Below, in pieces: positions 8,563-18,275 of a stretch of DNA of 64,000 nucleotides. Numbering within the stretch: the stretch's first letter is position 1; every line of letters begins with the position of its first letter. Below the pieces are notes generated by a model that did not search any database, was not told where the DNA came from, and saw only the letters and a list, made by a program, of their open reading frames with translations. Source of the stretch: a virus (lineage: Duplodnaviria; Heunggongvirae; Uroviricota; Caudoviricetes). The DNA lies in IMG/VR virus record IMGVR_UViG_3300042922_001018, one strand, 5' to 3'. The translations under genes were made by a program, and so were the position numbers.

Positions 8563-9235
8563 CCGAAGCCTCCAGCTCCGTTCCTTCGGCGTTCATGTCG
8601 CCGAAGTTTGCCACCGTGAAAGGACCGGCATGAGTCCATGCGAAGACGAAGTTCGAGCCGTCACCTTCAAGGTCACCGAAGGACACCACCCAGGAAGTCT
8701 CGCTTCCCAGAAGCTCATTGAACCGCTCATCGTCCTTGTAAGACAGCACGCAAGGAAGTTCATCCAGGCCGAGGTGACACTGCGCGGAACCATCCGAGAA
8801 CAGCGTAGCCTGGACCGTGCCGTACTCGAACTGGACCGTTGCACCTTCGACGCGCTCGCGACCCTGCTCGAAGAACCATCCAGCGGAGAGAAGGATGAGC
8901 GCCCCGAGAAGGGAAGCAGCGACGAGCGGGAAGAGAGCATTAGCGAGAGTGCGCCAGAACGTCGGGCGGAGGGGAGAGTCAGCAATCTCCGGGTCGTCGG
9001 CCGCAATCGTCTGAGCCGCGCCATACTCGCGGAAACGCCTGGCCGCATGAGAGCTGATGAACCACGCTACGACGCCGACGATGAGGAAACCTGCGGCAGC
9101 CCACGGGATTGTGTCCGGGTTCGCCGCGAACAGCAGTTCCGCTCGACGGTCTACCGCACCGACAGCCTTGAAGCCGAACAACGCGGTGAACACGACGAGG
9201 GCGAAGGCCACAACGGGCCACAGAACGAAACGCAT
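8552..9235 (-). CDS. Membrane protein (3 TM)
   Basis: Hydrophobic segments; translationally coupled. Confidence 0.75.
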   Translation of the reverse strand: MRFVLWPVVAFALVVFTALFGFKAVGAVDRRAELLFAANPDTIPWAAAGFLIVGVVAWFISSHAARRFREYGAAQTIAADDPEIADSPLRPTFWRTLANALFPLVAASLLGALILLSAGWFFEQGRERVEGATVQFEYGTVQATLFSDGSAQCHLGLDELPCVLSYKDDERFNELLGSETSWVVSFGDLEGDGSNFVFAWTHAGPFTVANFGDMNAEGTELEASDAE

Positions 9236-10056
9236 CAGACTCCTACCAGGCCCATTCTCTTGGGCTGTACCATAGTGTACACGTATTCGTCGGGTACGTT
9301 ATCGGCGACGATGCGCGCGGCGACACGAGGGTCGGTGACGCCGATGCCACGAAGGCGTGTCGCCTCGGCCGGGGAGCATCCTGCGGCGACCAGGAACGGA
9401 AGTGCCTCGATGAGGTCGTCACGCTCGAACCCGTGCGGACCGGTCTCGCAGAGAGACGCCCACGCAAGGGAGTCCCGGCGAGGACCGCGCACCATACCGA
9501 GCTGTGCCAGAATCTTGCGCATCGTGTCCGTGGACAGGCGGCTGAGGAAGGCCTGAGCGTTGTACCCCGACTTAGCCTCCTCGTGGACTTCGTAGAGGCG
9601 CTCGAAGTAGTCGTACGGGATGTTGAACTCAGCGACCGTCTGCACGAACGCTTCGCCGAGAACGTGGGAACCATTCATCACGCGGCTGAGGGTGGCTTCG
9701 AACCATGTCTTCGCTGCCTTCTCGTCCATGCCGAAGCACAGAACCAGAGGGTGAACATCCGGGTTCGCCGCGAGAAGCCGCTCGGTGAAGCCGACGAGAC
9801 CGTCAGCGGCGGCAGCGTTGAACGCGGCTTCATTCTTCAGATAGCCCCGCGCCCATGCTCGGGCCGGGCGAACGCTGGTATGCCGACGATTGCGAAGAGC
9901 GACGCGAAGCCCGGTGTAGAAGTTCGACTTGATGAACCGACGCTCGGCGTAGAAGGCATCTTCCGTCTTGTCCGGACGCATGCCGACGATGACCTGCTTC
10001 ATCAGGTCCAGCGGCGCCAGGGGAATCGAAAGCACCATCTTCGTCATGAGGTTCAT
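9235..10056 (-). CDS. Hypothetical protein, G[VI]P.EY-repeat family
   Basis: C-terminal NVPDEY; TATTCT-N7-ATG leaderless start. Confidence 0.75.
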   Translation of the reverse strand: MNLMTKMVLSIPLAPLDLMKQVIVGMRPDKTEDAFYAERRFIKSNFYTGLRVALRNRRHTSVRPARAWARGYLKNEAAFNAAAADGLVGFTERLLAANPDVHPLVLCFGMDEKAAKTWFEATLSRVMNGSHVLGEAFVQTVAEFNIPYDYFERLYEVHEEAKSGYNAQAFLSRLSTDTMRKILAQLGMVRGPRRDSLAWASLCETGPHGFERDDLIEALPFLVAAGCSPAEATRLRGIGVTDPRVAARIVADNVPDEYVYTMVQPKRMGLVGV

Positions 10057-10156
10057 ACCCACGAGAATAACACGAGCGCTGTCCTCCTGCAAGTCGAGGC
10101 GTGGATTGACACCCCGCGAGCTGGCATGATACGCTCGCGGGGACGAAAGGAATCGA

Positions 10157-10660
10157 GTGCCTCGTAAGCTAGACTTCAACGCAGACCCACTGCTGTTGCC
10201 CGGTATCGGCGCGCCTCGAATCACCGTCAAGCACCAGGGTGCTTACCATCTCACCTCCGCCTACGTCCGCGCCGGTTCCTGGGCGAAGGGCATCTTCATC
10301 GTCGAGGTGGACAGCCGCGAGAAGCGCATCGAGGTGCCCTCGTATTCGTACGCTTCGTTCGGCACTCCCGCCTACGGAGACGAGGTGCCTGGTGTCGCTG
10401 AAGTCTGCATTGGTCCGCGTGGCGACGGTGACTCGACTATCTTCTACACGGAAGACGATGCCGCAGAAGCGCCCGAAGATGTGGACATTGACGCATGGAC
10501 GACGCTGAGCATCCAGTTCCCGCGGCCGTGGACAACTCGCATCCCCACACGACTGCGAAAGCTACTGCGTATCCCCGCACACGACTGGCACTTCTCCGTC
10601 GATGAGAACTACGACAAGTACGGCTTCGTGTTCATTGCGTACCGCTACCGCGGTCTCTGA
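10157..10660 (+). CDS. Hypothetical protein
   Basis: 167-aa ORF filling the gap, protein-like composition. Confidence 0.65.
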   Translation: MPRKLDFNADPLLLPGIGAPRITVKHQGAYHLTSAYVRAGSWAKGIFIVEVDSREKRIEVPSYSYASFGTPAYGDEVPGVAEVCIGPRGDGDSTIFYTEDDAAEAPEDVDIDAWTTLSIQFPRPWTTRIPTRLRKLLRIPAHDWHFSVDENYDKYGFVFIAYRYRGL

Positions 10661-10662
10661 AG

Positions 10663-11406
10663 TCAGCGGCGACGGCCGTGCGACTCGGAGTCGCGCTGGG
10701 CAATACGCGCGTCCCGCTCAGCCATGAAGCTGTCGAACTCGTCAGTCTGACGGAAGTCGCGCAGGTCTTCACGGAGCTGCTCCAGCTCGGCCAGGATACG
10801 GCTGTCGTACGGCTCGAAGCCTGACTGGTCGAAGCCTGCATCCGTGCAGAACGCGTATCGTGCGCGTACTGTTTCTACGGTGCCCTGGGCACCACCGATT
10901 GTGACGGGCGACTGACGAACCTTCGCCGCCTCGATGTCGCTTCCCGTGAGGTCAGCGTAGTACCACATCTGGAGCGCGCGAGCAACCTCGCGCGCCTCAT
11001 GACGGGGGATTTCCGGCTCGTAGGAAGCCGCCCACTGCTGTTCGGCACTCTGAGCGCCACTGGCGCGGGCGCTATCGACCTTGGTAATCCAGGCAGCAGG
11101 GTTCGCCTCCTGCTGGACCTCCCAGTCCGGGTTCATGTCGTAGAGCGCCTGTCCTGCCGCGTCCGCGCCGCTTTCGATGTAGCGGGTGCGTGCGATGGCG
11201 TAGGAGACCCGCATGGCGTCCAGCGCCGACGAGGGAACCGGGACACTCTTCCAGAACCGGATGACCTGCTCCGCGTTGGTGTAGCTGGCAGGCGGGTACT
11301 CGAAGCTTGCGTCGCCGAACTCGTTCAAGCCGATTTCTGGAGCAGAGCCTTCCTTCTCCGAGAACTGGCCGGTGGCGGTACGGGGTTGCATGTCACTCAT
11401 GGTCAT
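10663..11406 (-). CDS. Tagged protein (QPRTATGQFSEKEGSAPEIGL), unknown function
   Basis: Shared tag plus upstream motif. Confidence 0.85.
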   Translation of the reverse strand: MTMSDMQPRTATGQFSEKEGSAPEIGLNEFGDASFEYPPASYTNAEQVIRFWKSVPVPSSALDAMRVSYAIARTRYIESGADAAGQALYDMNPDWEVQQEANPAAWITKVDSARASGAQSAEQQWAASYEPEIPRHEAREVARALQMWYYADLTGSDIEAAKVRQSPVTIGGAQGTVETVRARYAFCTDAGFDQSGFEPYDSRILAELEQLREDLRDFRQTDEFDSFMAERDARIAQRDSESHGRRR

Positions 11407-11413
11407 AGTTCAG

Positions 11414-11422
11414 TGTAGGCAG
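11414..11422 (-). promoter_or_regulatory. CTGCCTACA-N7-ATG motif
   Basis: 7 nt upstream of ATG 11406. Confidence 0.75.
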
Positions 11423-11428
11423 GAGCGC

Positions 11429-14400
11429 TCAACGGAAGCGAGGCGGCGTCGAAGCGCTCGAACCCGGCTGCGGCGCCACGGACGGTGCCGCAGCCTTACC
11501 GTCCAGGATGAGCCGTCGTGTCGGTCCTGCGGTCGGCGTGGCCGGTCCTGCGTTGCCTCCAGGAATGACGCGACGCGTCTGCGGCGTGCCAACGCCACTC
11601 AGCTTCGTGTTCGGGTCAAAGAGAATCTGACGCGGTGCGACCTTCGCGAACGGAGTCGCCGAGTTCGCGGGGGCCGCAGGAAGCGGCGGGACCGGACGGC
11701 CAGCGACCGGAGCACCCGTTACCGGGGTACGGGGCTTCGGAGGACGCGAGGACGGCGCTGGGGCCGAACCGCCGCCACCGTCGCGACGGTCGCGACGCGT
11801 CTGGTTGTTCGCCTTCTGCTGCTCCGCAGCCTGCACAGCCTGCTCCGCCTGGTAGTTGCGGTATGCCGCCATACGGTCACGTCCCGTGACGTTCGACGCT
11901 GCGCGCTTCGTAACGCCCCACGCCGCGCCAGAGGCCTTCGCCGTGGCGTAGGTTGCTCCGACTGCGGTCGCACCGATGACCCACGAGGAGCCTGCGGTCA
12001 TGACGCCGCCACCGACGACAGCCGCGCCGACGGCCACCTTCTTGGCGTCCGACTTCAGACGGTCCTGACGCGCGATGCGGAAGCCGACCTCGTCGAACGT
12101 ACCGTTCTCGTCGGTGTACTGCGCCCGCAGGTCGTCGCCACGGATGTGCTGAATCGGGTGCGCCATCGTGTTCGCGGTCGCCTTGACACCGTTCCACAGC
12201 TCGGAGCGACGCTCGGCCACGTTCTGCTTCGTGCTGAGCCATGCGTTGCGCATACCGTCCGCGCCCGCGGCACGCAGGTTGCGAGGGCCGTTGGCGGTGC
12301 CACCAGCCGCGAGGCCACCGGCCACCCGAGCTTCGGACTTCTGCTGAGAGGCGTACACGCGAGCAGCCATGCGCTCCTGACGCGCTGCGGCGTGTGCCTG
12401 CTGGCGCTGGTCGCGACGAGCAGAACCGAGGAACCCGCCAGCCGCAGCGCCACCGGCAGCCGCAGCGGCCGTACCCAGACCCTTGCCTGCACCAGCGGCA
12501 CTCGCTGCACCAGCCGCAGCCGTACCAACGCCACCAGCGGCAGCGCCCGCGGCACCGAGACCACGTCCAGCCGCACCCTTGCCTCCGGTAGCCGGAGCGA
12601 GCATGCCGCGGCCCATCGAAGCGCGGCGCTCGGCCATCGTCGTGCCGAAGCGACCACCCGAGACCTTGCTGAGGGCGGAAGAGCCAGCGCCCTGGATAGC
12701 CTGACGGCCCGAACGTTCGATAGCGCTCCGAGCCATACGGCCACCGATGAAGCCGCCGACAGCGCCACCCGCCGCTCCAGAGGCGAGACCGTAAGCGATG
12801 CCGCCCTTCATGGACATCGGCGAAGGCATCTTCAGCACCTTCTTGAAAATCATGTTCAGCGAGATGACCGCTAGCACAGGAGCCGCAGCCGCCCATCCCA
12901 GGGCCATGACGGTACCAGCGCCGAAGGAGCCGTTACCGAACTGCACCAGGATGAACGTGGTGAGAACCACCACGGAAAGCAGGACAAGCGACAGCGCTGC
13001 GAACAGCATCGACCCGATGAACTGCTTAGCCGCCGCCCCGAGCTGCTCCAGACCGTTCGCACGGAAGAGCGCCAGAATCATGATGGGCAGGATGGTAATG
13101 GTGCCGAGGACCACGAAGAGCTTCGCGATGACAACGGCAAGCGCCATGCCGAAGAAAATGCACATCATGATGAACGCGCTTACTGCGTAAATCAGCAGCG
13201 GGAACATGTTGCCAGCCGCGTTAGCGCCGTTCAGCGATGCGAGGTAATCCTGGATGTTCGCCTGCGTCGAAGCGTTCGAGATGTTCTCGGTCTTCTTCTC
13301 GATGTCGCTCATGGTGTAGCCGACCGAGAGACCACCCTCGAACTCGTTGTCCGTAGGCTTCTTGTTCCACCACTTCTGGCACTCGTCGGCAGCAACCCCC
13401 GAGAGCTGGTCCCAGCCCGTACGCCACTGCCACGTGCCAGCGCCACGGTTCGACGGCTCACAACCGGCCCAGCCGACCATCGCGCGCTGAATCTGCTCAG
13501 CCGAGGAGGCGGTCCAGACGAGCTGTCCCGTGTCACGAGCGCTCGCCGGGATGCCCGACGCGGCCGTGAAGTCGGCAGCGTTACGGGCGGGAGTCTGAGT
13601 CCAGCCATCCAGGAGACGGCAGTAGGAGTATTCAGCGTACTGGCTGGTTCCGAGCTGAGCGCTCTTCCAGACGGGCAGACCCGTCGTACGCCACATCGAG
13701 TCCATCGTCTGCGTCAGAGCGATACGAGGGGTCGCCAGAGCCGTCGGAGACGCACTCTCGCGGAAGCGCTTGTCGTACAGGTTGACGGACTCCGCGCAGA
13801 GGTTGTTGTTCGCAGTTCCCGGCGCACGGGAGCGGTCCGCGTCAATCTGGCCGCTGGTCTGAGTCTGAACGGTAGCGAGAACTGCACCGACAGGGACGCT
13901 TGCGGCGGTCGAGAGGGAGTCGTTCGCGATGGTGACAATCCAGCCCGGCGAACCGACGCCAGGCTTGTACTGACCGCCCGCAGTGGTCGTGGAGTTCTGC
14001 GCTCCGACCACCATAACGACGAACACGGCCATCGTCGCGACCAGCCCGGCGATACGCCGGAAGAGCATAGCGCTGGCGCCTGGCCCGGCCTTACGCCAGG
14101 ATGCGAACATCCAGATGCCCACCACCACAATCAAGATGAGAGGGATGAGAGCTACGCCGGAAGATGGATTCAGCATCGACTGGCCGAGGGTGGCGCCGAT
14201 TTGGTCCATCTGTGCACCCAGCATGTTGATGGGTTCGAAGTTGATAGCGAGGTCAGCGACCCACTGCGAGACGGTCCAGAAGCCGTTGCCGACGGCCATG
14301 ATGTTGCCCTGGAGCATCGTGCGCGAAGCGGCGTTCATCAGGTCGCCGATGGCCCACATGTCGTACTTGTTCTGGAAGCTCGCCGTAGCGTCACGCCAGC

Positions 14401-14869
14401 GATTCAGCAGAAGGTTCTGCGAGATAGCCGCACGCTCTGCCTGGGCCTCAGGGGACATGTACGGGCCACACGAGCCATCACAGGCTCCGATGGGCGCCCG
14501 GCTGCCATCCGCTGAAGTGATACCGCTGGGCAGGGCGGTAGACGATGCCTGTTGCTGCGTCGGCGCTCCATCGACGAAAGCAACAGCACCCTGCCCAGCG
14601 GATTCCGGGGTCGCGCCGATGACGGCAGGCGCGACAGAGTTGGCGATGGAGTCAGAAGGCTCCACGGATGCGACAGCCACACCGGTAACGGCGACCGTCG
14701 CGAGCATCAGACCAGCGAGAGCTGCGATGCCGGTCTTTGCGAAGCGTCCACGCCACGTTGCGCGCTTCGATGAATCTTTGGCCTTGCGGGGCGTGCCCGT
14801 CAGGCGTGCGCGGGAAGCCTCAGCAGCCTCATGCATCGGAAGGAAGATGCCACCAGTCACTTTAGCCAT
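11429..14869 (-). CDS. Large polytopic membrane protein, possibly VirB6/TrbL-like
   Basis: 1146 aa with an extracellular domain, a cluster of ~5 TM helices and a Gly/Ala-rich basic tail; this architecture is typical of actinobacterial conjugation membrane proteins. Confidence 0.6.
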   Translation of the reverse strand: MAKVTGGIFLPMHEAAEASRARLTGTPRKAKDSSKRATWRGRFAKTGIAALAGLMLATVAVTGVAVASVEPSDSIANSVAPAVIGATPESAGQGAVAFVDGAPTQQQASSTALPSGITSADGSRAPIGACDGSCGPYMSPEAQAERAAISQNLLLNRWRDATASFQNKYDMWAIGDLMNAASRTMLQGNIMAVGNGFWTVSQWVADLAINFEPINMLGAQMDQIGATLGQSMLNPSSGVALIPLILIVVVGIWMFASWRKAGPGASAMLFRRIAGLVATMAVFVVMVVGAQNSTTTAGGQYKPGVGSPGWIVTIANDSLSTAASVPVGAVLATVQTQTSGQIDADRSRAPGTANNNLCAESVNLYDKRFRESASPTALATPRIALTQTMDSMWRTTGLPVWKSAQLGTSQYAEYSYCRLLDGWTQTPARNAADFTAASGIPASARDTGQLVWTASSAEQIQRAMVGWAGCEPSNRGAGTWQWRTGWDQLSGVAADECQKWWNKKPTDNEFEGGLSVGYTMSDIEKKTENISNASTQANIQDYLASLNGANAAGNMFPLLIYAVSAFIMMCIFFGMALAVVIAKLFVVLGTITILPIMILALFRANGLEQLGAAAKQFIGSMLFAALSLVLLSVVVLTTFILVQFGNGSFGAGTVMALGWAAAAPVLAVISLNMIFKKVLKMPSPMSMKGGIAYGLASGAAGGAVGGFIGGRMARSAIERSGRQAIQGAGSSALSKVSGGRFGTTMAERRASMGRGMLAPATGGKGAAGRGLGAAGAAAGGVGTAAAGAASAAGAGKGLGTAAAAAGGAAAGGFLGSARRDQRQQAHAAARQERMAARVYASQQKSEARVAGGLAAGGTANGPRNLRAAGADGMRNAWLSTKQNVAERRSELWNGVKATANTMAHPIQHIRGDDLRAQYTDENGTFDEVGFRIARQDRLKSDAKKVAVGAAVVGGGVMTAGSSWVIGATAVGATYATAKASGAAWGVTKRAASNVTGRDRMAAYRNYQAEQAVQAAEQQKANNQTRRDRRDGGGGSAPAPSSRPPKPRTPVTGAPVAGRPVPPLPAAPANSATPFAKVAPRQILFDPNTKLSGVGTPQTRRVIPGGNAGPATPTAGPTRRLILDGKAAAPSVAPQPGSSASTPPRFR

Positions 14870-15342
14870 CCTTCGGTATCAATCTGCTGCTTGCGACGCC
14901 GTGGCGTCGGGGTGGTCAGGACCGCGGTAGGTGCGACCTGTTCGTATTCGGGACGAAGCTCGATGTCCAGCGGACCGACCATAGCCAGATACGAAGGAGA
15001 GATGGTTTCGTTACATACGAATACTACACCATTCTGCGCCTTACGCTTGTCCCACATGGCCTCGTAACGACGAAGGCCGAGACCGTCGCGCGTACGACCC
15101 TCCACGAAGAAGAAGGTCAGGGCCACGACAATGAGGGGGATGGTCAGAAGAACTACTACGCCCGGCATCATGCCGAACGAGAAGGCGACCGGAGCAATAA
15201 GGCCCACAGGGATAAGAGAAGCCAGGAGAGCCATCACGGTCACGATGAACGACCGACGCGAGATTTCGAACGTCGCCAGGACCATTGTCCGGCCGGTGTT
15301 CTTCTTCGCGCCAGTCAGGCTGGTCATCGAGAACATGTACAT
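14857..15342 (-). CDS. Two-TM membrane protein, possibly VirB3/PrgI-like
   Basis: Two TM helices and a short cytoplasmic tail; overlaps the large membrane gene. Confidence 0.55.
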   Translation of the reverse strand: MYMFSMTSLTGAKKNTGRTMVLATFEISRRSFIVTVMALLASLIPVGLIAPVAFSFGMMPGVVVLLTIPLIVVALTFFFVEGRTRDGLGLRRYEAMWDKRKAQNGVVFVCNETISPSYLAMVGPLDIELRPEYEQVAPTAVLTTPTPRRRKQQIDTEGWLK

Positions 15343-15434
15343 GGTTGTTACCTATTATCCCATCTGGGCGAACGAGAAGTGGCCGAGCACCCGAAGGTGA
15401 CGGCCACTTCCCTGCCGTTGGAAGGCCGTCGGGG

Positions 15435-15728
15435 TTACCGTACGACCGAGTTGACGATGGTGATGAGGAAGCCGACGATGAACTGAAGAACACCGATGAT
15501 GGCCGGAATGACGAGCTGTGGACCAGCCAGTGCGCCCGCGAGGACGACGGCAATCCACGGGAAGCCCTGCATGCCAGCCCCGCCACCCTTGCGTCGCTGC
15601 CACAGCCATACGACCACGGAGATGACGAGGATGACCACACCCAGCACCGTCATGAACGTCAGAACGTTCGACGGTACGACTGCGATGAGACGGTTCCAGC
15701 CGTCCACCCAGTTGAGGCCACTACCCAT
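15435..15728 (-). CDS. Small hydrophobic two-TM protein, possibly pilin/VirB2-like
   Basis: 97 aa, two hydrophobic helices separated by a basic loop; GAAAGG SD. Confidence 0.55.
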   Translation of the reverse strand: MGSGLNWVDGWNRLIAVVPSNVLTFMTVLGVVILVISVVVWLWQRRKGGGAGMQGFPWIAVVLAGALAGPQLVIPAIIGVLQFIVGFLITIVNSVVR

Positions 15729-15774
15729 TGTTGTCTACCTTTCGCTAAGAACCGCTTGATGCGGGCATAGGGGT

Positions 15775-15783
15775 TGTAGGCGG
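15775..15783 (-). promoter_or_regulatory. CCGCCTACA motif heading the membrane-protein operon
   Basis: Exact intergenic copy ~46 nt upstream of ATG 15728. Confidence 0.65.
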
Positions 15784-15866
15784 CGAACGGGTCGCGGGTG
15801 TCACTGTAAGAGACTTGGAGCGCCTCCTATGCACCCATCAGAATAGCAAGTCCACGCATCAAGAGT

Positions 15867-15919
15867 GAACGCGGTGCCAACCCCGAGATAGCTGTCATCT
15901 CAGGGTTGGCACCGCGTTC
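15867..15919. terminator. Long hairpin
   Basis: GAACGCGGTGCCAACCC...GGGTTGGCACCGCGTTC inverted repeat just after the 15931 stop. Confidence 0.75.
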
Positions 15920-15930
15920 GGTAGAAGGAG

Positions 15931-16713
15931 TCAGCAGCCCGCCAGAACCGAGGTGAGCGCCTGCTGGTCCGCGGCCGGAATCGTCAGCTCATACTTCTGG
16001 AGGACGGACGTGAAGTCAACGGCATATGTGCAGTGGTAGGAAGCCGAAGCGGGCATCCACGTGGACGGTCCCTGGTCCGACTTGGAACCGTTCTGCGGTC
16101 CGTCCACGGCCTTCAAGTTGATGGGGTCGTTGGCGAAGAGGATGCGCGTGTCCTGGTCCCAGCTCTCAGCGCCGTTCTGCCAAGCCCAGCTCAGCGGGAT
16201 GACGTGGTCAATCTGGACAGCCATCGAGTCGCCCGTGTTCTTGCCGAAAGCGTTCGTGTGAACGAAGTCGATGGTCTTGCCGGTGTACACATCGTTCAGG
16301 ACGCCGACCTGGACCTCGCAGTCGCCCCGGAAAGTCTCGAACGAAGCGAAGTCACGCTTCAGGATGTCGTTGCGCGTGTCGCAGCCGTTGCCGTCCACGT
16401 CAATCCATCCGTCGCCGAACTGCGCCTTGCGGTCATAGTCCGTGCTCGGGTCAGCCTGCGTCGCCGGAAGCGAAGCGACGAATGCGCTTGCCTCATCGTA
16501 GATGTCGCCCGCGACCGGCTGCTCAGGAGCCGTGGACTCGACAGGGGCCGGAACGACCGCCGACTCGGTCGGCGCCGGGGAGAAGGTCTCGACCGCGGCG
16601 GGGCGCTGTGCCTGCATCGCGTTGAACCCGGCGACAGCGACCAGGACGGCCCCGAGGAACACCAGGATGCCGATGATGGCGACCGGGCGGAAGAAGCGGT
16701 GAGAGTTCGTCAT
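15931..16713 (-). CDS. Secreted or anchored HNH nuclease (DUF1524-like)
   Basis: N-terminal TM; GCDTRNDILKRD, QIDHVIPLSWAW, FANDPINL..V...NGSK. Confidence 0.88.
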   Translation of the reverse strand: MTNSHRFFRPVAIIGILVFLGAVLVAVAGFNAMQAQRPAAVETFSPAPTESAVVPAPVESTAPEQPVAGDIYDEASAFVASLPATQADPSTDYDRKAQFGDGWIDVDGNGCDTRNDILKRDFASFETFRGDCEVQVGVLNDVYTGKTIDFVHTNAFGKNTGDSMAVQIDHVIPLSWAWQNGAESWDQDTRILFANDPINLKAVDGPQNGSKSDQGPSTWMPASASYHCTYAVDFTSVLQKYELTIPAADQQALTSVLAGC

Positions 16714-16740
16714 GTGTATCAGTGTACAGACGAACCACTG

Positions 16741-16878
16741 TCAACGCAAATTGGATTCCAGAAACGTCAAAGCTGCCGTTGCCGCCCAGGTTCCTCCGAC
16801 AAGGAAGACAATCCCAACGGCACTCAGCAGAATGTTCTGAGTACGGCTCAGCTCCGTATCATCCGGGTGTCGGCTCAT
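16741..16878 (-). CDS. Small membrane peptide
   Basis: 45 aa with a single TM helix; GGAGG before the ATG. Confidence 0.45.
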   Translation of the reverse strand: MSRHPDDTELSRTQNILLSAVGIVFLVGGTWAATAALTFLESNLR

Positions 16879-17317
16879 CCTCCGCCTTCGGAGCACGGGC
16901 CTGGCCGGTCGTCGCCTTCCAGGGGGTTCCACCGCATCCCAGCGTCAGCGAACACTTCTTCGTGGAAGGTGCGCTGAAGGCCAGGAAAGAGTAACGCTCG
17001 CACTTGTCGCAGACGGCGACTGTAACGCCATCCCCGTCACGGTCCGTTGGGACGCGAAGATACTGGATGATGTCGAGATGCTTCTCCAGCAGCTCACGCT
17101 GGTCGTCCGGAAGGACGAAGCCCATCATGTTCTCCGGCGTCAAGTCCGCGAAGCTCTTGATGTTCTCCGGGAGCAACGGCTCCTCAGCCTTCGCTCGCTC
17201 ACGATTCAGCGTGGTCACGTTCGACTGGGCAGCCTTCATCAGGACAATCGCCAAGTTCGCAGCGCGCGCCAAAGGCGGCAGAACCGGGTTGGTGCGGAAA
17301 GTACGAGAGCGGGCCAC
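16859..17317 (-). CDS. Hypothetical protein with a C-terminal Zn ribbon
   Basis: CDKC...CSLTLGC; TAGACT -10 element upstream. Confidence 0.7.
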   Translation of the reverse strand: MARSRTFRTNPVLPPLARAANLAIVLMKAAQSNVTTLNRERAKAEEPLLPENIKSFADLTPENMMGFVLPDDQRELLEKHLDIIQYLRVPTDRDGDGVTVAVCDKCERYSFLAFSAPSTKKCSLTLGCGGTPWKATTGQARAPKAEDEPTPG

Positions 17318-17354
17318 GGAAGCAGTCTAGCATGACCTCGCCCACATCGCCAAG

Positions 17355-17732
17355 TCAGCGCAAGGCGGGAAGGTACTCGACCGCGACACCCTGGTTCCAG
17401 TAGTGGATGATGGAGAGGATAGAGAACGAGTTCATCAACCCGACCACACCGAACTCAGGTGGGACTGACGCATGCGACAGGAACACAATCTGGTCGGCGG
17501 ACACCTTGCCTGCGGCTGGGATGAACGCATTCGCGTACTCAGGAGCGACACCCTGCTCGTAGAGTCGCTGCACATCGAACGCAGAGAAGCCTACGGGGTC
17601 GTCGTAGACGAGAGCCGTGACAAGCTGGTCCGTGTACTCACGCGGCACATCGGCGCGGCGTAAGTTCTCGTACATCTGCGCTCGGATGGCGTCCTTCATC
17701 TGGTCGAAGGTGACCACTTCTTCACTCGGCAT
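17355..17732 (-). CDS. Hypothetical protein, G[VI]P.EY-repeat family
   Basis: DVPREY, QGVAPEY, SVPPEF, QGVAVEY. Confidence 0.75.
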   Translation of the reverse strand: MPSEEVVTFDQMKDAIRAQMYENLRRADVPREYTDQLVTALVYDDPVGFSAFDVQRLYEQGVAPEYANAFIPAAGKVSADQIVFLSHASVPPEFGVVGLMNSFSILSIIHYWNQGVAVEYLPALR

Positions 17733-17898
17733 GGCGCCGCTCGTCGATGTGCACAGCAAGCAGCCAAGCGCCGGGCGCTCCGGCTCCCAGGATGGCGAGC
17801 ACCAGGCCATCCGTCTGTGCATCGCCCAGCACAAGGCGCGTGACACCCGCGATGGTTGCCACAGCAAGGAGGATGAGCGCCGTACGAAGCTTGTTCAT
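17722..17898 (-). CDS. Small two-TM membrane protein
   Basis: MNKLRTALILLA..., hydrophobic. Confidence 0.55.
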   Translation of the reverse strand: MNKLRTALILLAVATIAGVTRLVLGDAQTDGLVLAILGAGAPGAWLLAVHIDERRHAE

Positions 17899-17951
17899 GG
17901 TCCCATCCTTGCACCCCCGTAAAGCGATGTCAAGTCTGCTAGGCTCAGGAC

Positions 17952-18275
17952 GTGCGCTACACCGTCCTTGCCGCCCTAGCGATACTCGGTACGTTGATAG
18001 ACGCAACCGCCTCCTGGTACAGCATCGAACATCTCGGCATCGCCGCTGAAGGCAATCCCATTCTTGACTCGGTGGCATCCACCGTAGGGTTCACTGCCAC
18101 GATGGCGATACGCGCCGTCATCGGAGTTGCCCTCATCGCCGCACTCTACGGTTTCGCGACTCGAAGCAAACGACCACAGGCTAGAAAGCTGGCACGGGCT
18201 GGACTCTGGCTATCTGCCATCGTGCTCGACGCGCTTGCCGTCTACCACGTGGTCGGCATCCTCCTTTACGGCTGA
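17952..18275 (+). CDS. Membrane protein (DUF5658-like)
   Basis: DA..S....EGNP motif, 3 TM helices. Confidence 0.75.
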   Translation: MRYTVLAALAILGTLIDATASWYSIEHLGIAAEGNPILDSVASTVGFTATMAIRAVIGVALIAALYGFATRSKRPQARKLARAGLWLSAIVLDALAVYHVVGILLYG

